Below, in pieces: positions 21,916 to 33,729 of a stretch of 64,000 bases of DNA (positions within the stretch are counted from its first letter, which is position 1; the number at the start of each line of letters is the position of its first letter). Both the position numbers and the translations under genes were made by a program. This DNA is from Paramoeba atlantica (lineage: Eukaryota > Protista > Discosea). Under the pieces are notes generated by a model that ran no database searches, had not been told where the DNA came from, and saw only the letters and a list, made by a program, of their open reading frames with translations. The stretch is from assembly GCA_977017575.1 (NCBI GenBank), contig CDRNVI010000037.1:186001-250000 (forward strand), given 5' to 3'.

Positions 21916-22575
21916 ATCACATCTTGTTTCAAGTGTGATGTCAATAGAAAATTAATAAAAGTGAAATTAAAGGAAGGTCCGACAACCGTAAAAGCAAAAT
22001 CACCTCATGAATCACATTTTTTTGAAATATCTTGCGTTGTTTCAGTATTTTTGGTATTTTATAATGCCCTATGTGGGGTGTGCTCGATTTTCCTGTAAAA
22101 AAGAGCTCACTTTGATCAAGGTTTCTCTGGGCCGAGGAGGGTTGTGTGCAGTGGCTAAAAAATCCAAATTTCCATTGAAATCGTTCCCGATCTAGCTTTC
22201 ACTATATAATATTATATTATACACTATATTATATAGTGTATTATATTATACACTATATTATATAGTGACCACCCTCCCAAAGTTGAGGAAGCAGTAGCTA
22301 TTAAAGCCGTAAGGTTTAAAAGATAGGAATTTCGGAAAGAATGCTAAAAAAACACCTCTTATGGGAAATTGAAAAAAATACTAAATTTTCTTGAATTTAA
22401 CCTTAATAAACCATATTCCAGGATAGTATACCCATGTCCACTCAGTGTACCTACCCCCCTCAACATAACAGAAGCGTGAGGTGTACCATTTTCAGAAGCA
22501 AAAGTGCAGCATTTCTTAGCAATAACAGACCCAGCCCCTTATTTGAAGGCCAAGGTGAGCGCTGTAAAATTATTA

Positions 22576-22795
22576 CTATCCCCCCCTATTTAATAGGACT
22601 CCGATTTTGGGCAAAAGGCCCTATTAAAGTAGGGGACATGGAAAATAATGTGAAAGAAAAAAAAATCGGCGCCGCTTCGCGGCGGATTCGAGAAATTTTT
22701 TCCACCTTTCCTGAAATCTTTTTTGGTCTTCTAGACAAAATAGCCCTATTCAAGTGGAGGTCACACGTAGCCCTATTAAATAGGGGGGGGGATAG
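22576..22795. mobile_element. TA-flanked MITE
   Basis: CTATCCCCCCCTATTTAATAGG / CCTATTAAATAGGGGGGGGGATAG with TA each side. Confidence 0.8.
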
Positions 22796-22876
22796 TAATA
22801 TGTTTTTCGTTTCATAACAATTATTATTGATATCTTTTATTGGGAGCCTGCGATATTAATTGGAATTGTCTATATA

Positions 22877-23975
22877 CTGTGCCCCCCACTTATAGTGCCG
22901 CGGTTTTCGACCAAACGGCACTATAAGTGGGGGGGCGTAGTATGTTTCAGATCGAGGGTGAAAATTTTTCCACCTTCAAAAAAAAAGCGCGCCTCTTCGC
23001 GGCGCAATTCTTTCTATCATGCGGTTTTGAGTGCCCAAGAGCTGTAAATGGAGTTTCTATTCCACTGCTGGGTATGAAGTACAGTGGTCGTAAAAGACTA
23101 CAGTAGTCGTAAAAATGTGAAATAAAGATGCCCCGCCAAAAAAGTATTGTAATTTATTGGTATCGACCACGAATTTTTGGTCGATACTAATAAATACAAT
23201 ATTTTTTCCATATTATTTCCACGAGTTGCCACTGGCCTCCAAAAAGTTGGACATTATCATATCGGATCTGTGCAAACGTATAGTGAAGCATAAAAATAGG
23301 AGAGAGAGAAATCAATCAGCTTCCCTCGAGATGATCAAGTGGCCGCGTATATCAGAACTCATTATGCTAATTTCCTGAAAATTCGAAAAAAACAACTAAA
23401 ATTCAGGTCAAAACTCAAAAAAATGGTCGATACTAATAAATACAATACTTTTTGTGTGGGTCATTTTTGTGAACAATACTTTTGGGCGGGGGTGTAAAAT
23501 AACTGTGAAATATTAATTCGTAAACAAATTTCGAAATGACGAGCTGTATTCCGTATGTTTCCATAACGGAAAAGACAAACACCTTCGTCACTGCATGCTT
23601 ACCATTAATTTCTTGGAGCAATTTAAGGTGCACTTTCCTTAAAATTGCCTCTTGCTCTTTGTTGAAGCTTCTCTGGCGCTTTCTTCCTTTGAGACCGCGA
23701 TTGATGCGTGATCGATAAATCGACTCCTAAAACGTATTTTAGTGGCTTCGTTAAACGAGGAGGTAGTTTTCAACGCTAAGCGCGCAGCATGAGTGACTTC
23801 TAAGTTGAAAACAACCACCACGTTTAACGAAGCCACTCAATATTAGAAATTTCCACCATGTTTACTGTACTTTTTGGTCAAAAAAAAATTAGTCATTTTT
23901 TTCGGACATTTTTTTCAAACGGCACTATAAGTGGGGGGGTACCCCGCGGCACTATAAGTGGGGGGGGGGGCACAG
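22877..23975. mobile_element. TA-flanked non-autonomous TIR element with nested hairpin element (23741-23837)
   Basis: CTGTGCCCCCCACTTATAGTGCCGCGG / CCGCGGCACTATAAGTG(G)nCACAG; subterminal GGCACTATAAGTGGG repeats. Confidence 0.82.
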
Positions 23976-24395
23976 TAATTAGAAATATTTTATAACGGCT
24001 CAATGTTTGTATTACATGTACATTTGTTTTATGGTATTTCATCCATTGATTATTCACGATAAAAGTTTTGATTCCCACCCACCCACCCGAGAACGAACTG
24101 TAAACAAGAAATTTCCCAGTCGTAAGTTGGGCAGATGATGAACAATTATAGTGGAAATATAAATTAGCCGGATATTTTATGAGCTTACTTGAATGTATAT
24201 CGTTTTAGAAATATTCAGCATTTATGTTGCATGCAATGTATATACGAACTATCACTGAATTTACTTAGGCATTGATTTTACAATTCTAAATTATGATTAT
24301 TAACAACGTCTTGGTAAGTAGATAGGACATAAAAACACGAACGTCAGAATATTTTCTTCACTCGCATCCATTATTCATTTTTGAACAAAAAAATC

Positions 24396-25837
24396 GGTTA
24401 AAGACTAGTTATATTGTAGTCTAAAAAACCAATTTTCCACATTTTGCATATCAATTGTGTTTGATGTATTCTACCGTTACGCGGGCTTATTTGTACCACT
24501 TTAGAATACTAAGCGCTGTTTTTACTTATATTAATGTCAAATTGTTCATGCTGCGACCTCAGTTGCGTCCTCACATGGCGCAACGACAGCCACATTCCTA
24601 AGGATTTCGCCACTTTTTTGAGGACCCACGGAATCGTGAAAGACGAAGTATGCCCTCTACACGGAAAGACCGGTACACCTCACAAGACAAATTCTCTTCT
24701 AAGCGTATGCTGGAGTCGAGTGGGAAAGGGAAGTTGCCGAAAGAGGATTTCAAAATTATGGCCGTATTTTTCAGCAAAACAAAAGAACGCATCTTCTAAG
24801 TTCCTCTTTCTAGTAAAATTTTGCCAGCGAATCGAAAACCAGGTCATTGACTCCCAATGCAGTGTCAACAAAAACACTGTGGTCAAGTGGAAAAAGGAAA
24901 TTTTGCAGGTGGTGGCTAACTATGTAAAGGATCGAAACGAAAAAACTACTTTTCTGAAGTGTGTTGTTGATGAAACGTACATTTTCACACGAAAATATAA
25001 TTATGGAAGAAGGGCGCGACAAAAGCCTTTCTGGATGGCAACAGTGACAGGAATCAGCAGAGATGGAAAATGTATATCTACCATCTGGAAACGGATCAGT
25101 AATAAGAAAAAAGAAACCTTACAGGGCATCGTAAAAAGGAATACTGTAGACAGTAAAAGAAGCTTAGTCATGACAGACTGCCTCAAAGCCTACAAAGGAT
25201 TGAGTGACTACTTGAACCATAAAACCGTAAATCACAGTAGAAAAGGCCGATACCGGTTCGTTACTGAGGATGGGATTCATACAAATAATGCGGAAAGTTG
25301 TCATTCGGCAATAAAACGAGCAATACGCAGGCAGCGTCGACTCTCAATGTTACCCGAAGAAGCGGAAAAAACAATTTCACTGTACACCTTGTGGTTTAAG
25401 AAACCATCCTGGCAACTCCGACTTAAAGAACTCATGATAGCCCTGAAGGAAGCGAAAGATTTGGATTTGACAGAAGTTGAAATGTCAAGCGATGAAGAAC
25501 CAGATTCTGAGTTTATTGTTGGGCAACGCAGCGCCCACAACATGGAGGTTGACAATGAATTCTCAAGCGGGTATGAAAGTGAAACGATTACTCTAATTGA
25601 ACGTTTGTTAGACACTTCTCTTTAAAAGCTTGTGAAAGATAGGAAGGATGAAGGCATAAAGGGTGAAAGCGTAGAAGATACAAATAAGTTTATTGAACTG
25701 ATGGTACAGACGCCGACTAAATACCGTTCCTAAATATTCTTTATATGATACACATTACTTGGAGCTACCTTTATTAATGTCAAAATAGAACTAAAATAAA
25801 ACAGATTTTTTGACTACAATATAAGTAGTCTGCACCC
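24396..25837 (+). mobile_element. Full-length Merlin (IS1595/ISXO2-like) transposon
   Basis: 8-bp TSD AAAAAATC (24388-24395, 25838-25845); ~30-bp imperfect TIRs (GG..AGACTAxTTATATTGTAGTC); single intact ORF. Confidence 0.92.
24534..25625 (+). CDS. Merlin/IS1595-family DDE transposase, 363 aa
   Basis: VVDETY (D), VMTDCLKAY (D), HKTVNHS, GIHTNNAES (E); N-terminal Cys/His cluster. Confidence 0.9.
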   Translation: MSNCSCCDLSCVLTWRNDSHIPKDFATFLRTHGIVKDEVCPLHGKTGTPHKTNSLLSVCWSRVGKGSCRKRISKLWPYFSAKQKNASSKFLFLVKFCQRIENQVIDSQCSVNKNTVVKWKKEILQVVANYVKDRNEKTTFLKCVVDETYIFTRKYNYGRRARQKPFWMATVTGISRDGKCISTIWKRISNKKKETLQGIVKRNTVDSKRSLVMTDCLKAYKGLSDYLNHKTVNHSRKGRYRFVTEDGIHTNNAESCHSAIKRAIRRQRRLSMLPEEAEKTISLYTLWFKKPSWQLRLKELMIALKEAKDLDLTEVEMSSDEEPDSEFIVGQRSAHNMEVDNEFSSGYESETITLIERLLDTSL

Positions 25838-26904
25838 AAAAAATCAAAGAACTGTTTTCGTTTTCAAATCTAAAAATTATGTTATTTTTGATATTTTTTG
25901 GGGTCATCCCAAAAAGGTCTGAAATTTCGAACTTGTCGGACCCCTCATTCGCGTATCAGGAGGGGGGTCCCATCCCCAGGTGGGAGTGGAATGTATGTAA
26001 ATATTGAGCAGAAGGATTTTTTCCCTACGAGTGTTTTTCTTACGTGTCTAGCCTTTTGCATTACGTTTTTAACAACGCGCTTGCGTTTTATTAGTTAATT
26101 CCTCTTTGCTATAAATTAATGATGACAACAAGATACTGGAGTCTCTGACTACATTCTGATTGAACGAACTTCTTTCCCCGACTGAACAGACTTTTTTAAA
26201 CACTCATCTAAACCCCTGTAGAGTTATTTTTTCCATCTTTTATTATTCCCATTTCTACCTGAAGGGTGTTCTATTTTCCACTAATTTTTCCCTTTTTTAA
26301 AAACTATCTAAAACGTTGCACACTAAGAAATTCGGAAATTTTTGAGAACACTGGTGAGTCTCTAGTTCACCATTTTTCGTCGCAAAAAAATACTCACAGC
26401 GACTCACAGCGATCTACAGGTACTCAAAGTTTCTGCTATTCCATACAGAATTGCACTCAGTGTTCTAGACTTCTTGTTCAAAAGTTATTTGGTGTAAAAA
26501 TAGAATTTACCTTCTCTAAATCTTTTTCTAGAAGATTTTTTTATTTATAAGTAATGTCGGTGTGCTAGCAGCTTCGTTAAAAAGCGGTGGTTGTTGGTAA
26601 ACGGGCTTCGCAAATTGCTTCCCACTAACGACGCCGTGTATGGCCCGCTCGCGCGGGCCCTCGCCATACCTCTCCCCTTCGGCTTCGCAAATTGTTTCCC
26701 ACTAACGGCGTCACGTATAGCTCAGGCCCGCTCACGCGGGCAAAACCTGGCAAAACTTAACAGGTTTCAACCCTCTTTATTTCTATAGTAATAGAAAATC
26801 AATGAGTTTAATCATAGATTCGCATAAATCCTAATTTCTTCTGGTCATCAAAAAGTTTTTTCTTATAAAGTTTTTATAAGGTTTATAAAGTTTTTTCTTA
26901 TTTA

Positions 26905-27267
26905 CTGTACCCCTCCTACTTGTTTGTCACTACTTTTCGCGAAAAGGTGACAGATAACTAGGCGACCAGTGTGCGACAGATAACTAGGCAGGGGGTCTGT
27001 CACAAAAAAAAGGCAGAGCATGGAATTACAGAAACGGTTTTATAATAGCACTACGCACGACCATTCGCTTGAAACACAAAAAGGAAAAATATAAGTTTCA
27101 TTTTATGATTTTTTTTTGTCAAAAAGTATTTTACCTATTTTTAAAAAATGACAGATAACTAGGGGGGGTAGTCGACAAAAAAAAAATTCGAAGTGCCAAA
27201 AAGTGACAGATAACTAGGGGGGGGGAGGGGGGGTGACGTGTGACAGATAACTAGGGGGGGGGTACAG
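26905..27267. mobile_element. TA-flanked MITE with internal GACAGATAACTAGG repeats
   Basis: CTGTACCCC... / ...GGGGTACAG, TA flanks; five GACAGATAACTAGG copies. Confidence 0.78.
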
Positions 27268-28845
27268 TAATTACAATCATTTATGCAACTCCCAGTAGTC
27301 GGTTTACTTTCCCCTAAGCCATTAAGCATGACCAGTCTTTTGAAGTGCCTCTTCCAGTCTTTCGGGGTTTTCCGACGAAAAAAATACTCACAGCTACTCA
27401 CAGCGAATCACAGCAGCCCACAGCGATTCACAGAAACCCGCACATATCTACAGATACTAACTACAGACTCACCACTGTACAACTAGTCCCATGTGCAAGT
27501 CAGAGCACAGATGCACAAGGATGATTGAGCACGACGGTGATCAGTCTTCATACCATGTGCGTTTAAGTCTAGAACGATGTACAGGTCTGAGCTCGTTGTA
27601 CTGTAGCGCGAGATCCCGGCCGAGATTCAAATTCACGTGCAGAGTCGTCGTACAACTGCTGTATACTGCGTGTAGTTAACTGGTGAACTTCTGGAGTAAT
27701 CAAACCGCGCGGATGAGAATCCAGGAATACTTTTCACGCCCCTTTAGGACGACGGCGAAAACGACTTGTTTGCATTCAGCAGTGTGATTCTGGCATGTGA
27801 TCATGATATAATTATGTGTGGAATTTATGCTTTAATGACACTGCTTTATTGGCCCAAGTGCTACGTGTATGTTCTCCATGTTCAGGAAGACGGGGAAAGG
27901 AACTTTCGCCCAATTTTGGCATTGATTAGTACACTGATTCTGATTATTCTTTTTGTATGTTATTTTAGAGTACGACAGGCGCGTACCCTACTTGGTGGTT
28001 GCTCTGCTTTCGGGCCTCCTTTGAACCGTGGCCATGTTGCCCGCAAAGATTGAGCATAAGCTTCTCTAGAGCTTCCGCCGACACAAATGCTCCGTGTGCC
28101 AGTCGATGACAGAGTAGCGCTCCGCCACGCCGTCAAGACAAAGACAACACCGTCAGATAAGTGCCGCCGTCTTGAAGATTGTGTACTGGAGTTGAGGGAG
28201 ATTCATCAACAGCTTTGCATAATACACTGCCTCCGGCTTCTCCCCTATAGCCAGTCGAACTTTGTTTTTGATACCTGGGGTCATCCAGGGTTCGATGGTT
28301 AATCCCCCCTGCGAGAGGCACTCGTGCAGCTGACAGCCGCAGTGAGGGTCTTCACGCGTGCCGATTACCTCAGCGAAAGCTTTTTTCATATCTTGTCTAT
28401 GACGTTCCTGTCGGTCTTCTTTGCCGCTGTTCAGGATCGCAGCTACTTTCTCTGGGCGATACTGCTCGCATTCGGATAGGCTATCGTCCTATAAGGCTAT
28501 CGTCCTGTAAGTCCGACAGCAGAGTGAGGCCCATGCGCTTCATGGAACAGCGTTCCACAAAAGAGAGAATTGTGTGTAGTCTGTAGTTATTTTTGCAGTT
28601 CTGGGGCCTGGGATAACTTCTGGTAGGGTGTCTACCATAATTGCAAAGACAGAGTAGATTACACTACTAAGTAGTGTTAAAAGTACTTACAGCTCAAGTA
28701 AGTCCTACAGCTCAAGTACTTACAGCTCAAGTAAGTACTACAGCTCAAGTAAAAACTGGTACTCCTCCGGCATAGAGTAGAAAGAACCCGTACTCTGGGC
28801 GGGAGGTAAGAACGATTCTTTCTCTGAGGACGCCAACTAGACTCA

Positions 28846-29034
28846 CTTCCCGCTGGTAAACGCAGTCAACTCTAGCCCTGCAAGGTACAGGCCTAGGTCA
28901 AACGCATCCCCCTCCCCCGTTTTTGAGCGAAACAATAAACAAGCCATAACCCCATCAGCTTTCCACGTGCGGGGGTATGTGGCCCCGGGACCATTTAACA
29001 GGGTTGGAGTTCGCTGCGTACACCAGCGGGAAGT
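28846..29034. mobile_element. Possible small MITE
   Basis: ACTTCCCGCTGGTAAACGCAG / CTGCGTACACCAGCGGGAAGT inverted ends; no clear TSD. Confidence 0.45.
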
Positions 29035-29554
29035 ACATGGATATGGGGCGTAGAGCAGTAAATCGTAAATAGAATTAGCAGTGACACCAGTTACTCTCCA
29101 AAAAAAAAGGAATTCGTGTAAGCTTTTACGCTGCAGGTTCTGAAATATTTTGAGAAGCAATCAAACAATGAAAAAGAAGTTGACGTGTTTCCTCCCGAGA
29201 AAGTTTAATCGTTTCTCTGCGTGCTGAGGGTCAAACAACTCCGAGATTTGTAGTGTAGATCGGCTCTATTGAAAGAAACTTTATGTTTCGGTTGCTTTCT
29301 CTAGGGTCTCGACAAGGCTTTTTAGTGGAGTAGATTTTTGAATTGATTAATTTAGATTCTTTCTCGGTAAATCAATTTGTAGAGACTAAGCGTTTACTGG
29401 AGCGGTACCTATAAATTTACAATGACCGCAATATCTTTTTTTGTCACAATAACATTTCGCTCATTTGTTGATTTTATAAGGAAGCATTTGGAAATTTAAT
29501 AAGCAGTTTTTCATCGTGCACTTCTTGAATTATCGAACGTTTGTTTTGAAATCT

Positions 29555-30256
29555 ATGAATCGCTCTTGCATTTCTCGTCCTGGAAAGACACGCGGAGTAG
29601 GAATGCCACAAGAGTATGAACTCGCACAGTTTACGCGCAGCATGCTTAATCTACACAACTCATGGAATACAAGCACAACGGCTTGTAATTGGAGTGGAGT
29701 AAAATGTGACAAAGACGAGCGTATTATCAAACTTAAGTGGTATGAACGTCGCATTTCTGGGAAGGCATGCTGGGAATATTTGCCGTCGCATTTAAAGGAT
29801 GTAGATGTCTCCTCCAATCAACTAGAAGGGTCACTTGATCTGACTTGTCTCCCTTTGGGACTAGAACGATTTGATGTAAGTAAAAACGGACTTTCTGGAT
29901 CTGTTACTCTTCATGCTCTGCCCCCTCAGTTACAAGTGATCGATCTCTCGGACAATCGCTTTTCTTCTGATATTGATCTCACTAATCTTCCACCCGAGCT
30001 ATATTTCTTTGGTATTTCGAATAACAGGTGCACTGGATCATTAAATTTCGATGGCATTCCAGAAAAACTTATTGTTTTATATTTGGATGGAAACGACTTC
30101 GACACAGAAATCGATTTTTCGCGATTTCCTACTACTCTCAAAAGCCTATATATACAGAATAATCCTAAGGTTAGGGGTTCCGTTTCAGAAAGCGTGATAT
30201 CATCTTTTAAACGATATGACTGGAAAGGAACTGGAATTGAAAAAGTAACTTATTAA
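29555..30256 (+). CDS. Short LRR protein
   Basis: MPQEYELAQF..LHNSWNTSTTACNWSGVKC cap plus 22-aa LRRs; first ATG of ORF 29516-30256. Confidence 0.87.
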   Translation: MNRSCISRPGKTRGVGMPQEYELAQFTRSMLNLHNSWNTSTTACNWSGVKCDKDERIIKLKWYERRISGKACWEYLPSHLKDVDVSSNQLEGSLDLTCLPLGLERFDVSKNGLSGSVTLHALPPQLQVIDLSDNRFSSDIDLTNLPPELYFFGISNNRCTGSLNFDGIPEKLIVLYLDGNDFDTEIDFSRFPTTLKSLYIQNNPKVRGSVSESVISSFKRYDWKGTGIEKVTY

Positions 30257-31373
30257 CCCATATAAAATGGTACTAATAACTTATTAGTAATAAGTTTTCT
30301 CTGTAGGGAATTTTTAGATGGGCTACCGGCAGCATAATTTTACAGCATTTATATTGCTCGGAAAAAGGAATGAAAAAATCATTTTCTAGCAAAATATTTT
30401 TTTAAAAATGTTGTTACATAAAGATGGGCGACATACAGCAAAGGGGAATAATCTCTCTTTTTTCCATGCAACGTGATAGCTCACAAAACGCTTTGCACAA
30501 TTCCCCATACGTGCCTGCATCCTATGCAGGCCAGGGGAGAACGGAACTACCTGCACCACGGAACGTGGCACGCGTCTTGATATGGGCCTGGAAGTTGTCG
30601 GTGGCAATCGTGGCCGCTGGTTGTCGCTTTAGATATTGAAGAAATCCCCGTGGCTTACGGCAGAAACGGAAATTAGGGAAATTTAAAAATAACAAAACTT
30701 TAATTAGCCTCATAATAGGCTAATTAAATTAATTAAAACGACGAGAAGAAGTGACGAGCTGTACTTTTCCGAACCATAATCGCATTGTCTAGTTGTCGGT
30801 GCAACTCATATGCATTGTGATCAGTGCTGCGATGACCCCGTATGTATTCACCAAACCAATCTTCTTCATGAGATGGGTGTGGGAACCACAAGGTCGGTCA
30901 TTCGGAACAGGACCCGCGGCAGGAATTTGGCTACTTCCCATTCCTGGTGTGGGGACAGAAAAAGGTTTCCTCGACGTGCCCGATCGGTGTCTTTGTTTGA
31001 AATTTACTCATATGGTGGAAGAAACACAAAAAAAGAGAAGCTTTCGGAAACCTGAACATTCGAAATTCAAGAGGAAAAGTACTAAGTGCAATGCAACGTG
31101 CAAACAAAACTCAATTTTTTTATTTTAACTTAAGTGCATTGCATTATTGAGAGCATTGTATTATTTTTGACAAGTCTTATTCCTTCAATGGAGAATTATC
31201 ATCCCGCTAATTTAAAATTAAATCTTCATTCAAATCCGTTCAAGACACTTTCGAATTGAAACCTTTTACTCACGATTGAGGCCAAATTTCCATCCTCATG
31301 ATCATGAACGTAGTCTGTCTTTTCATACGGCGATAATTCGATCCTTTTTTGTTACTTACGTAGTGTTTTTCAC

Positions 31374-32399
31374 ATGCAAATCCCATTCCTCCGCGGCAAG
31401 CATTGTCCCGATGCCCTCCTTACGTCCTCACAACGTATTCTCCAGCGCTTTCTCCCCCACACCACCTTTGCTCCCATTCTCCCCTACCCCTCTCTCCAAC
31501 CCACCCCATCCCGCGACATTTCCCATTTCGTCGGCGCAGGCTTCACCACCGAGGACAACCTCCTCCCCCCTGAGCCTCCAAAAATACGACCCCCAACGAC
31601 CACCCCCCCCACCCCCGAAACCCCCAGCCCCTCCCCTTTCTCCCTCCCCGTTTTCCACACCGCCCACACCTCCCCCCCCCTCTCCCTTCTCCCCCCCCTC
31701 TACCCCGACCTCTCCCCCCTCTCCCTGCTCCGCAGTCTCACCCCCGACCCCTTCCCCGGATGTCACCTCCGCTACAAGGACCGCCTCGACCTGTTCCCCC
31801 CCCAGGGCGTCGACACCGCTGCCGTGGAGAACCACCTGATTTCATGTTTCAACCAAACTTGTAACCTTCTTTCTCGTATAATAAAAAAACAAGAGTTAAA
31901 AAAAATAACAATGGTAAGAAATGAAATGACCCGATCCCGCGGGCTCACTGCGTTGTTTGTCGCAACGGTGCAGAAACACGTGAGGGGGGAGTGCCCCGCG
32001 GTGGGGGTGGAGCTGGGGAGCCCGACGGAGGTGAACAACACGCTGGTGATGTTCCCCGAGAGGCTGGGGTTGGTGGTGCTAAACGATGTGGGGCGTTCAG
32101 CGGTGACGGAGAGACTGGTGGGGGGGCTTGCGGGGGGCGTGGGGTCGGGGTTTACGACGTTTTACGGGGAGAGGACGGGGGTGGAGGCGTATGTGGCGGC
32201 GACGAATGAGGAGGCGAACCCGGTGGGGCTGCTGCTGGCGGTGGGCCGGTATTGGGAGAAGACGGGGCATGAGAAAGAGGCCCGGGAGTTGGTGGCTCAG
32301 CTTCGGGAACGACTGGGTACGAAAGCGACACGACCGAAAGGTTGGGGTGGGGATGTAGACATCGGTGCGTTTAATTCACAGATGTGTGTGCGGCATTAG
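31374..32399 (+). CDS. Degenerate isocitrate/isopropylmalate dehydrogenase-fold protein
   Basis: IPFLRGKHCPDALLTSSQRIL ~ TLIPGDGIGPEI; LVGGLAGGVGSG ~ AGLIGGLG; ANPVGLLLAV ~ ANPTALLLS; C-terminal RPKGWGG ~ TxDLGG. Catalytic motifs absent. Confidence 0.55.
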   Translation: MQIPFLRGKHCPDALLTSSQRILQRFLPHTTFAPILPYPSLQPTPSRDISHFVGAGFTTEDNLLPPEPPKIRPPTTTPPTPETPSPSPFSLPVFHTAHTSPPLSLLPPLYPDLSPLSLLRSLTPDPFPGCHLRYKDRLDLFPPQGVDTAAVENHLISCFNQTCNLLSRIIKKQELKKITMVRNEMTRSRGLTALFVATVQKHVRGECPAVGVELGSPTEVNNTLVMFPERLGLVVLNDVGRSAVTERLVGGLAGGVGSGFTTFYGERTGVEAYVAATNEEANPVGLLLAVGRYWEKTGHEKEARELVAQLRERLGTKATRPKGWGGDVDIGAFNSQMCVRH

Positions 32400-32782
32400 A
32401 AAAGGAGCGCACGAATTTTGAAATTTTGATGCCATAAACGAGGAAATGGGTTAGAAAGCTACAAATAGATATGCTATAGAGGTATGACCTTTGTTGAACA
32501 CGGTGAACCAAGATATTATTTGTCTCTGAACCTCCTCTTTTTGTTGTACACCTATTTTCATGAGTTTAAAATAGAAGGCTTAAAATCATACAAATTGGAA
32601 AGAAATTTACTTGTATAAAATAACGGTAACCTTTAGTCAAAAACTTATAGAGTTGAGACCTGCATTTTTTCGCTTGCAAAACTTCGAGCAATAACGCAAT
32701 TCATCCCAGCTTGAAAACTCAAATTTCTTTCCCCTTTCCTTTTATTATTTTTTCCTCTTTTTATTCTACTCCTCCTTATCCC

Positions 32783-33310
32783 ATGCCTCGACGCCCCACT
32801 ACCACCGACGACGAGCTCCTGGAGGGACAAATCCACGCCAACGAGGTCCCCATCCCCAATACCCTGTTCGCGTGTTCCGGGATCCTCACCTCTCTGGTCC
32901 CGACGTATTTCTACTTCACCGGGATGGACCTTTACGCCGCGCAGCAGCCCTACGACCTCGGCTTGCTTTTAGCATTTCCTCTTCTTGCGGCCTACTTTTT
33001 GTGGCGAAGCTACCAGGTGCTTTTTCAAACCGAGTACCACAAGAAGCAGCGGCATCTCGAGGGCGGCAAGAAGAATCCAACAATAGCACAACTACGCTGG
33101 GAATCTGCCTCCCATTGGTCCATGTTTGTGGTGAATCTCGTGTTCCTGCTGCTAACGGGAGTGCTGCGAAAATATGTGTTTCAAAGCATGGAGGAGCGGT
33201 TGAGTCTCATTCTCACGTTTGCGTTATCCAGCCTAGCGGTGTATGTGCTAACGCTAAAGAATGAGGAGGCATATCAGCGTAGACGCGAGCTGTTTACGTC
33301 CAGTCGGTGA
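32783..33310 (+). CDS. SSR3: Translocon-associated protein gamma-like, 4 TM
   Basis: DDELL...LFACSGILTSLVPTYFYF...AYFLWRSYQ...ESASHWSMFVVNLVFLLL...LSLILTFALSS parallels TRAP-gamma helices. Confidence 0.7.
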   Translation: MPRRPTTTDDELLEGQIHANEVPIPNTLFACSGILTSLVPTYFYFTGMDLYAAQQPYDLGLLLAFPLLAAYFLWRSYQVLFQTEYHKKQRHLEGGKKNPTIAQLRWESASHWSMFVVNLVFLLLTGVLRKYVFQSMEERLSLILTFALSSLAVYVLTLKNEEAYQRRRELFTSSR

Positions 33311-33729
33311 GCGAATGGAAATGTTGGAGTTTTATAGGGGCAATGACAAGCAAATGCAGGAACACGGTTCACGTTCTTTTTTGAGCAGAAAAGACCGCGC
33401 AATTTTATACCGTGAATAGTTATTAGAAATAGAAAAAATATTAATTGCTCATCTTAAAGAAATGCATGTCTACGAACTTCCGGCAAACTTTTTCTTACTT
33501 TCGGCTTCTTTTCAGGAAATTTCAATACCCATTACCGGACTCTGCAGTTTCTCCCTACAAAAACATGCATGTATACTGACAATCGAAGTATGAATCGGAA
33601 GTCACATGGTTGTAAAATACTACGCTCCCTGATAATGGAGTACTATCATTGCATGATTCCATTCAATGTCATTTGGACACAATCACCATGTTTCGTCACA
33701 TTAGGTCATTTCTTCATGTTACTATCACA

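Noticed and set aside
28000-28480. Short ORFs on either strand, possibly a decayed gene or TE
   Set aside because: No recognisable motif; fragmented by stops.
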